Below, in pieces: positions 56,258 through 64,000 of a stretch of 64,000 nt of DNA (position 1 is the stretch's first letter; every line of letters begins with the position of its first letter). The stretch spans positions 72,920-136,919 of the forward strand of contig CAVWNT010000010.1 in the NCBI GenBank assembly GCA_963756415.1. The letters run 5' to 3'. The DNA comes from an uncultured beta proteobacterium. GTDB lineage: Bacteria > Pseudomonadota > Gammaproteobacteria > Burkholderiales > Burkholderiaceae_C. The notes below the pieces were generated by a model. It worked only from the letters and a program-made list of their open reading frames with translations, was not told where the DNA came from and searched no databases. The translations under genes were made by a program, and so were the position numbers.

Positions 56258-57662
56258 TCAGGCGCACTGCAGGTCGACGAACACCGCCGGCGCGCCGACG
56301 TCGTCGGCCAGCGCCTGCCAGGCCTGTCGACGCTGCTGCACGCGGTCGTCGGCAAAGCGGCGCCTGAAGCCGGCCTCGTCGATCAACATCGTCACCGGCG
56401 CGCCGGCAGCCGCGGCGAGCAACTGCACGAAGCGGCCGTGGTTCTCGGCTTCGGGCGTGGCCGCCAGGTCGAACAACGCCAGCGCCTGCTCGCCGTCGGC
56501 AATCGTGGCCTGCCAATCGTCTTCGCCACCGAACGCCACCGCCTCGGCCAGCTGCAGTTGCGCCTGCGCGCCGAAGGCACGCTCGACCAGCCGCTGCAGC
56601 TGCGACAGCCGCGCCGCGTCGGGCTGCAGCCCGTACGGCCACACGCGCAGGCGACGCGCGCCGCCCTGCTGCTGCATCAGCAGGTTGCGGAAGTAGGGCT
56701 CGTGCAAGGGCAGCGCCATGTGCGTCGCCAGGCGCCGCGAGCGCCGCGCCGCGACCAGTGCCAGCGCCAGCCGCGGCAGCACCACCAGCAGCGCCAGCTG
56801 CGCGGCATACAGATGAATCCACGGTGCGGCAGAGTCGTCGGCGCCCGCCGCCGCTGCTGGCAGCGCCGGGCGGCACGCGCAAGGCCTCGATGCCGGCGAC
56901 ATCGGGCACCACGATGCCGGTGACCGCGGTGGCCGGCGCCAGCAGCGTGGTCAGCAGCGGTTGCACCGTCTGCGCGTCGAGGAAGGTGCTCTGCCATCCG
57001 ATGCGGTAGTCGAGCACCAGGCCGCGCAGGTACATGCCGCCGATCAGGCCGGCAGCCAACGCGGCTGCAGCGATGTGCAGGCCCAGCGACACGTGCGCCG
57101 CCGCCACCGGCCCGGCCAGCCGCGCCCACGGCGGCACGAAGGCCGCCCACACCGCCGCCGCGGCGACCATGTCGCCACCCCGGTCGTCGAGCGACTTGAC
57201 CTTGCGCCGCTGCCAGCGGCGCAGCAGCACGTCGGCGGCGGCGCTGGCCAGGCTCGATCGCTTGCCGGCCACGGCGTGCCACAGCAGCGCGGCGTAGACG
57301 AGCAGGTTCCACACGATCACCGCCCACACCGGCGGTGCGAGCAGGTTGATGCGCTGGCTGGCGCCGATGCGATCGGCGAGCACGCCCGCCAGCAGGCCCA
57401 CCGCCAGCGCCGCCAGCAGCCAGGCCCCGTGCCGGGAGCCCAGCGGCTCGGCCGGCGGCGCCAGCGACGGTGTGCGCGGCAGCAGGCGCTGCAGCGCGGT
57501 GTGTGCGCGCTGCGCCAGGAAGATGTCGGCGGGGGCATCGCTGCCCACCGTTTGCAAGGCGGTGCGACCGGCCCAGGCCGCGTCGGCGTCGCTCCACGAC
57601 GGCTGCCCGGTGCTTTCCACCGCGCGCACCCACAGCACCCGGGCCGCCGCGTGTGGCTCCAT
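56258..57662 (-). CDS. DUF2868-family membrane protein, frameshifted
   Basis: RINLLAPP, three or four TM helices, [25 protein letters not shown]. Adjacent to the DUF3482 GTPase. Confidence 0.75.
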
Positions 57663-57675
57663 CGCTGCGCTCAGA

Positions 57676-58395
57676 TCAGGCGCCCAACTGGCGTGCCAGG
57701 TCGAGAAAATCGGCGGCGCACAGATCGAAGCTGCGATCGACCTCGCGCGCCACACCGGCGCCGAACTCGAGCGGGCGGTGCACGTACGCGGTGCGCAGGC
57801 CGCACTCGCGCGCTGCGCGCAGATCGCTGGGGTGCGCGGCGACCATCAGCAATTCGGCGGGTGCCACATCGAGCAGCCGCGCCGCGTTCAGGTAGGCCTT
57901 CGGGTCGGGCTTGTAGGCCTGCGCCAGCTCGGCCGACAGCACGCAGTCCCACGGCAGGCCGGCGTTCCTGGCCATGTCGACCAGCAGCGAGACATTGCCG
58001 TTCGACAGCGTGCTGATGACGAAGCGCCCGCGCAGCCGGTTCAACCCGCCCACGCTGTCGGGCCATGGCGACAGGCGGTGCCAGGCGCGGTTCAGCTGCA
58101 CGCGTTCGTCCTCGTTCAGCGAGGTCAGGCCGAAGCGCGGCAGCAGGCCGTCGAGGATCTGCCGGTGCAGCACATCGATGCTCTGCCAGGCCGCGCCTGC
58201 CGCCCGCGTGCGGTCCATCGCCGGTGCATAGCCGGCGCGCCAGGCGTCGGCGAAGGCCGGCCAGTCGACCTGCAGGCCCTTGCCGGCCGACAGCGTCTCG
58301 CCCTCGCGGATCAGCGAGCCGCGCCAATCGACGACGGTGCCGAAGACATCGAAGGCCAGGGCACGGATCTGACGCGGATCGAAAGCGCTGTTCAT
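57676..58395 (-). CDS. Haloacid dehalogenase type II family hydrolase
   Basis: [35 protein letters not shown]. Confidence 0.9.
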   Translation of the reverse strand: MNSAFDPRQIRALAFDVFGTVVDWRGSLIREGETLSAGKGLQVDWPAFADAWRAGYAPAMDRTRAAGAAWQSIDVLHRQILDGLLPRFGLTSLNEDERVQLNRAWHRLSPWPDSVGGLNRLRGRFVISTLSNGNVSLLVDMARNAGLPWDCVLSAELAQAYKPDPKAYLNAARLLDVAPAELLMVAAHPSDLRAARECGLRTAYVHRPLEFGAGVAREVDRSFDLCAADFLDLARQLGA

Positions 58396-58530
58396 GCGCG
58401 GATTCTGCCCGCTGGCGCCGCAGCGGGTCAGCGCCTGCGCCGGCTCGTCCGTCGCGGGGTGTCGGTTATCGTGGCCGCGACCCACCGTTTCCAGCCCAGC
58501 CCCCTTTGCATCCCCATCGACGGAGCCGAC

Positions 58531-58992
58531 ATGCACACCCCCGCCGCTGCAAACCCCCCCGGCACCACGGTCGTCGGCAAGGCGACACCACGCGGCAAGT
58601 ACCCGCACCTCAAGCGCGCGGGCGATTTCCTGTTCGTCTCGGGCACCAGTTCGCGGCGCGCCGACAACAGCATCGCCGGCGCGTCGGTCGATGCGATGGG
58701 CACGGTGAACCTCGACATCCGCGTGCAGACGCGGGCGGTGATCGAGAACATCCGCGACATCCTCGCCAGCGCCGGCGCGACGCTGGCCGATGTGGTCGAG
58801 GTCGGCAGCTTCTTGGTCAACATGAACGACTTCGGCGGCTACAACGAAGCCTACGGCGAGTACTTCGACGCCGGCGGCCCGGCGCGCACCACGGTCGCGG
58901 TGCACCAGTTGCCGCACCCGCAGCTGCTGATCGAGATCAAGTGCGTGGCCTACAAGCCGCCGCTGCCGGTGATCGACCCCGGCAGCCCCTGA
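58531..58992 (+). CDS. RidA family protein, 2-aminomuconate deaminase-like
   Basis: [58 protein letters not shown]. Confidence 0.85.
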   Translation: MHTPAAANPPGTTVVGKATPRGKYPHLKRAGDFLFVSGTSSRRADNSIAGASVDAMGTVNLDIRVQTRAVIENIRDILASAGATLADVVEVGSFLVNMNDFGGYNEAYGEYFDAGGPARTTVAVHQLPHPQLLIEIKCVAYKPPLPVIDPGSP

Positions 58993-59042
58993 CCTGACCG
59001 ACACGCGGCCCGGCAGCGGCGCCTCGGCGCCGCCCCGGAGCC

Positions 59043-59927
59043 CTATGCGCCAGCGTCCGCCAGCGCCGCGGCCAGCAGCGGCACCACCGACACCACGTTG
59101 CTGGCATGCGGCACGCTGTCGCTGCTCCAGACATGGCGCACGCCGGCGCGCTCAATCTGCTGCAGCGCATCGCCGACGAACAGCGCATGCGTCACCGCGA
59201 CATCGACGCTGCGCGCACCGTGCGCCAGCAGCGCGCGCGCCGCCGCCGCCAAGCGTGCGCCCGGTGCTGGCGACGTCGTCGACCAGCACCACCTCGCGGC
59301 CGGCGAAATCCATCGCCGGCAGCGCCACCGCCACCTCGCGGTCGCCGCTGCGCTGCTTGCTGCACGCACCGTGCTCCAGGCCGTGCGCCGCCGCGGCCAG
59401 GCGCACCCACTGCGCGGCTTCGGCGTCGGGGCCGAGCAGGATCGGCCGCTCGGCATGGCGCGCGGCCCAGTCGCCCAGCAACGCCGCGGCCGACAGCGCG
59501 GTGCCGCGCTTGCCGCCGAGCACCTCGTGCATCGTCGCCACGCGGTGCAGGTGCGGGTCGATGGTGATGACGTGGTCGAACCAGCCGGCCAGCGCCGCGC
59601 CGATGTGGCGCTGGCTCACCGCCTCGCCGGGCGTGAAGGCCAGGTCCTGGCGCATGTAGGCCAGGTACGGGCACACCAGGTCAGGTGGCCGGCGCCGAGT
59701 TCGCGCGCGGCCGGCGCGGCGATCATCAGTTCGGCGAGCTTGGCATTCGGCTGCTGCAGCCCGCGCAGCAGGGCCACACGCTGCGGCAGTTCGGCCGGCA
59801 GGGTCAGCTTGTCTTCGCCGTCGGGAAAGCGGTGCCGCCGGATCGGCTGCAGCGCGCAGCCGAGCGCTTGCGCCAACGCGGCGGCGAGCACCGTCTCGTC
59901 GTCGAAGTGCAGCAGCAGCTCGGTCAT
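59043..59927 (-). CDS. Divergent ribose-phosphate pyrophosphokinase family protein, frameshifted
   Basis: HRFPDGE, PYLAYMRQD, TIDPHLHR, GPDAEA, PRPP-binding VLVDDVASTG, VTHALF. Confidence 0.82.
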
Positions 59928-60719
59928 GTCGTTTCGCCGATGGGCGCTCCCAGGCTCGCCAATGCCGCACCGGGCCGCGCCGCTGCACCGCTCAACGCGG
60001 CGTCGATCTGCTGGCGCACCGCCTCGGCCAGTGCGCGCCGCTCGGCGCCGGCACTCGGCAGCGCCGGCAGCAGATCGACACGCACCGCCAGGCCGCGGGT
60101 GCCGAGCATGCGCCACACCGTCTGCAGCAGCGTGGTGTCGCCGAGGAACTCGGCGGCCGGGCTGATGGCGTGTTCGGCGTCGCTGTAGCGCAGCGCCACA
60201 GCCTGCACCGGCACGCCGGTGGCGATCGCCGACTGCAGCAGGTTGGCATGAAACGGCAGCAGCGCGCGACCGCTGCCGGTGGTGCCTTCGGGGAACACCG
60301 CCACCAGGTCGCCGGCCTGCAGCGCCGCGCCGATCTGGTGCAGCACGCGCACGCGCATCGCGCTTGCGCTCGCGTTCGATGAACAAGGTGCCGGCGTTGC
60401 GGATCAGCCAGCCGAGCAGCGGCCAGGCCAGCACATCGGCCTTCGAGACGAAGCGGGCGCGCGGCGCCACTGCATGGATGGCGGCGATGTCCAGCCACGA
60501 GATGTGGTTGGCCAGCAGCAGCGCGGCACCGGGATCGGCCTGGCCGCTGGTGTGCAGCCGCAGCCCGGCCACGCGCACCAGCCCGGCCGACCACCACTGG
60601 ATGCGCGCCTGTCGGCCGGCGGCATCGAGCGACGGAAAGCGCCAGGCCATCACCGCCATGCCGTGCAGCAGGTGCACCAGCATGCGCGACAGTCGCCAGG
60701 CGGCCAGCAGGTGACGCAT
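59924..60719 (-). CDS. 1-acyl-sn-glycerol-3-phosphate acyltransferase family protein, frameshifted
   Basis: ANHISWLDI, FVSK, FIER, FPEGTT. Confidence 0.88.
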
Positions 60720-60730
60720 CGCGCTGCGCT

Positions 60731-62045
60731 TCAGTCGGCCTCGTAGGCCACGGTGCCGGCCACCAGCGTGGCGCGCACGCGGCCCGGCAGCGCGGTGCCG
60801 GTGCTGGCGAAACTGAACGGCGTGTGCTTGCCCTGGCTCTTCAGCATGCCGGGCAGCAGCCGCCACTCGGCCGCCGGGTCGAACACGCAGACGTCGGCCA
60901 CGCCCCCGGGCACCAGCCGCCCGGCGCTGGCCGGCAACGAGCCCAGCGCGTCGCCGAGCACGCGCACCGGGCCGCAGGTGATGCGCGCCAGCGTCTCGGC
61001 CAGCGGCACGCCGCTCGTCCCGGCCCCACTTCAGCGCCAGGCTGAGCAGCAGTTCCAGGCCGGTCGCGCCCGGCTCGGCCTCGGCGAAGGGCAGCGTCTT
61101 GGCGTCGTCGTCGACCGGGGTGTGGTCGGACACCAGCGCGTCGATGGTGCCGTCGGCCAGCGCGCCGCGCAGCGCATCGCGGTCGCGCTGCTGGCGCAGC
61201 GGCGGCGTCAGGCGCATGCGGCGTCGAAGTAGCCGATGTCGACGTCGGTCAGGTGCAGCGAGTTGATGCTGACATCGCAGCGTCACCGGCAGGCCTTCGG
61301 CCTTGGCCGCGCGCACCAGCGCCACGCCGGCCGCGCTGCGACAGCCGGCACAGGTGCACGCGCGCGCCGGTGGCGCGCATCAGCTCGAAGATGGTGTGCA
61401 GCGCGATGGTCTCGGCCGCCACCGGCACCGCCGACAGGCCCAGCCGCGTGGCCAGCGCGCCGCTGGCGGCCACGCCCTTGCCCAGGAACGCGTCCTGCGG
61501 CCGCAGCCAGACGGTGTAGCCGAAGGTGGCGGCGTACTGCAGCGCGCGCTGCAGCACCTGCGTGTTGCGCAGCGGCACGTCGGCCTGGCCGAAGCCGACG
61601 CAGCCGGCCTCGGTGAGCTCGACCATCTCGGTCAGCACCTCGCCGGCCAGGCCGCGCGTCAGCGCGCCGAGCGGGAACAGCGCGCAGCTGCTGCAGCTTC
61701 TCGGCGCGGAACTTCAGCATCTCGACCAGGCCCGGCTCGTCGAGCACCGGGTCGGTGTCGGGCGGGCAGACCAGGCTGGTGACGCCGCCGGCCACGGCCG
61801 CGGCCATTTCGCTTTCGAGCATGCCCTCGTGTTCGTAGCCCGGCTCGCGCAGGCGCGCCGCCAGATCGACCAGGCCGGGCGCGACGATGCAGCCGCTGGC
61901 ATCGAGCGTGCGCTCGGCGTCGAAGTCGGCGGCGACCGCGCCGATGGCCGACGATGCGGCCCGACGGCAATCGCCACATCGCCGACCTCGTCGCGGCCCG
62001 ATGCCGGATCGATCGACGCGGCCGTCCGCTGATGAGGATCTTCAT
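60731..62045 (-). CDS. pyrC: Dihydroorotase-like protein (PyrC', probably non-catalytic ATCase subunit), frameshifted
   Basis: [14 protein letters not shown] (the metal-binding HxH is replaced), [23 protein letters not shown]. Follows pyrB. Confidence 0.85.
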
Positions 62046-63015
62046 GCTTCGTTGCCCGGCGACGATGCCCATCACCGCCATGCGCACCGCGATGCCGAAG
62101 GTGACCTGCGGCAGGATCACGCTCTGCGCTGCCGTCGACCACCGCCGAGTCGATCTCGACGCCGCGGTTGATCGGCCCCGGGTGCATGACGATGGCATCG
62201 GGCTTGGCCAGCGCCAGCTTCTCGCGGCGTCAGGCCGTAGCTCTTGAAGAACTCCTGGCGGCACGACGGCAGCAGCGCGCCGCTCATGCGCTCGTTCTGC
62301 AGCCGCAGCATGATGATCACGTCGCAGTCGCGGATGCCTTCTTCCAGCGTGTGGCACACGCGCACGCCCATCTGCGCCATGTCGCCGGGCACCAGCGTCT
62401 TCGGGCCGACGACGCGCACCTCGGCGCAGCCCAGCGTGGTCAGCGCGTGGATGTCGGAGCGCGCCACGCGCGAATGCAGCACGTCGCCGACGATCGCCAC
62501 CGTGAGGTTGCGCGAAGTCCTTCTTGTAGTGGCGGATCGTGTACATGTCGAGCAGCCCCTGCGTCGGGTGCGCATGGCGGCCGTCGCCGGCATTGACCAC
62601 GTGCACGTGCGGCGCGCACGTGCTGGGCGATCAGGTAGGGCGCGCCCGATTCGCCGTGGCGCACGACGAACATGTCGGCCGCCATCGCCGACAGGTTGGC
62701 GATGGTGTCGAGCAGCGACTCGCCCTTGGTCGCGCGAGGAGCGCGCGATGTCGAGGTTGATGCACGTCGGCCGACAGGCGCTTGGCCGCGATCTCGAAGG
62801 TGGTGCGGGTGCGCGTGCTAGTTCTCGAAGAACAGGTTGAACACGCTCTTGCCGCGCAGCAGCGGCACCTTCTTGACCTCGCGGTCGTTGACGCTGACGA
62901 AGGTGCCGGCGGTGTCGAGGATCTGCGTCAGGATGGCCTTCGGCAGGCCCTCGATCGACAGCAGGTGGATCAGCTCGCCGTTCTTGTTGAGCTGCGGATT
63001 GCGGCGCGACAGCAT
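62042..63015 (-). CDS. pyrB: Aspartate carbamoyltransferase catalytic subunit, frameshifted
   Basis: [58 protein letters not shown]. Confidence 0.95.
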
Positions 63016-63524
63016 CAGTCGCTGGCCTTCACCGTGAAGCCGAAGCGGCCGCCGTCGTCGCGCGCGAGCGCGAGCTGGTGCTGCGCCGGCAGCGTCAACG
63101 CGCGCCGCCGCGTAGGCCGGCCTGCGACCGGCAGCTCGCGCCCGCCGCGGTCGACCAGCACCGCCAGCTGCACGCTGGCCGGGCGGCCGAAGTCGAACAG
63201 CTCGTTGATCACCGCGCGGATGGTGCGGCCGGTGTAGAGCACGTCGTCGAGCAGCAGGATGTGCGCGCCGTTGACGTCGAAGGGCAGCTCGGTCTGCGTC
63301 GGTGCCGACGGCCAGGCCGCGCGCGCGAAGTCGTCGCGGTGCAGCGGCTGACGAGATGACGCCGGCCGCGCCGGGCAGCCCCAGGTCCGCTGCAGCCGCT
63401 CGGCCAGCCAGGCGCCGCCGGACGCAGATGCCGACCAGCACGCGTGCGGCGGCTGCAGCAGCCCCCGCACGCCGCGCAGCAGCTCGCCGTACAGCGCCTC
63501 GGCGTCGAGCGCCAGCGTGCTCAT
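63015..63524 (-). CDS. pyrR: Bifunctional pyr operon regulator / uracil phosphoribosyltransferase PyrR, frameshifted
   Basis: [30 protein letters not shown]. Confidence 0.92.
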   Translation of the reverse strand: MSTLALDAEALYGELLRGVRGLLQPPHACWSASASGGAWLAERLQRTWGCPARPASSRQPLHRDDFARAAWPSAPTQTELPFDVNGAHILLLDDVLYTGRTIRAVINELFDFGRPASVQLAVLVDRGGRELPVAGRPTRRRALTLPAQHQLALARDDGGRFGFTVKASD

Positions 63525-63933
63525 GGTGGCGACGGCAGCTCGCTCAGGAACTGTTCGAGGATCAGCGCGGCCGCCGCGGCATCGGCATCGGCGCGCCGTC
63601 GGCCAGCGCCTCGGTGGTGCTGTAGCGCTCGTCGACCTCGTACACCGGCAGCCGGAAGCGCGCCGTGCAGCTGGCGGGCGAAGCGCCGCGCGCGCCGGGT
63701 GTTGTCGTGCTCGGCGCCGTCGGGGTGGAAGGGCACGCCGACCACCAGCGCCTCGGGCTGCCATTCGCGGACCAGGGCGTCGATGGCGGCCAGACGCGGC
63801 TCGCCCTCGGCCGCGATCGTTGTCTGCGGCGTGGCCTGACGCAGCAGCGGTTGCCGACCGCGACGCCGGTGCGCTGCAGACCGAAATCGAAGGCGAGGAA
63901 GGCTGGCAGCGCGCGGGCGCGGCACCGACTCAT
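63521..63933 (-). CDS. ruvX: YqgF/RuvX pre-16S rRNA nuclease, frameshifted
   Basis: LAFDFG[10 protein letters not shown], [33 protein letters not shown]. Confidence 0.9.
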
Positions 63934-64000
63934 GCATGCCCCGCCTCCGGCGACAGCATCCGCGGGTCGAGGCCCAGCAGCGACAGCGCCCGCTCGTAGC
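63930..64000 (-). CDS. YqgE/AlgH family protein, 3' end only
   Basis: [22 protein letters not shown]-stop is the typical YqgE C-terminus. ATGA overlap with ruvX. Confidence 0.8.
   Translation of the reverse strand, partial: YERALSLLGLDPRMLSPEAGHA

Noticed and set aside
59016-59033. Intrinsic terminator (GCGGCGCC-TC-GGCGCCGC) between convergent genes
   Set aside because: There is no U-tract, the loop is very short, and such hairpins arise by chance at this GC content.

Overview
High-GC chromosomal segment of a betaproteobacterium (gene content and order resemble Burkholderiales of the Rubrivivax/Ideonella type; the taxonomy is an inference). About 66 protein-coding genes are recognisable. 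I found no rRNA, tRNA, CRISPR array, integrase or transposase. Roughly half of the genes are broken by single-base indels, including conserved core genes (pyrB, pyrR, nrdJ, xsc). This most likely reflects unpolished long-read sequence, so the boundaries of those genes are approximate. Left to right: (1) an organosulfonate catabolic region (HpsN/HisD-like dehydrogenase, DegT-type PLP enzyme, group II PLP decarboxylase, a CobS/CobT-like AAA+/vWA pair divergent from xsc-pta-tauZ-like-bauB-like, and a mirror-symmetric divergent promoter with TauR-like boxes); (2) phaZ, a GST with a sigma54 promoter, and a PAS-sigma54 activator operon; (3) a malonate module (matA, enoyl-CoA hydratase, matB) and an acyl-CoA ligase; (4) a CHRD/PEP-CTERM protein, a plug-less TonB-receptor-like barrel and NDH-2; (5) an orphan TAXI binding protein coupled to a hybrid histidine kinase; (6) class II RNR nrdJ, ybiB, an MFS transporter, an Mla/Pqi-type ABC system and elaB-yqjE-yqjK; (7) aroQ, otnKC, a 24-bp tandem repeat made of a gene 3' end, and Ict/Ich-like genes; (8) gloB, a Nudix hydrolase, nfeD-stomatin, two kappa-GST/HCCA isomerases and dps; (9) a DUF2868/DUF3482-GTPase pair, a HAD, a RidA protein, and a yqgE-ruvX-pyrR-pyrB-pyrC'-plsC operon ending in a divergent prs-like gene. 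The best candidates for a new system are the AAA+/vWA pair that appears co-regulated with xsc (possibly an Xsc chaperone or activase) and a possible decarboxylative C3-sulfonate to taurine route.
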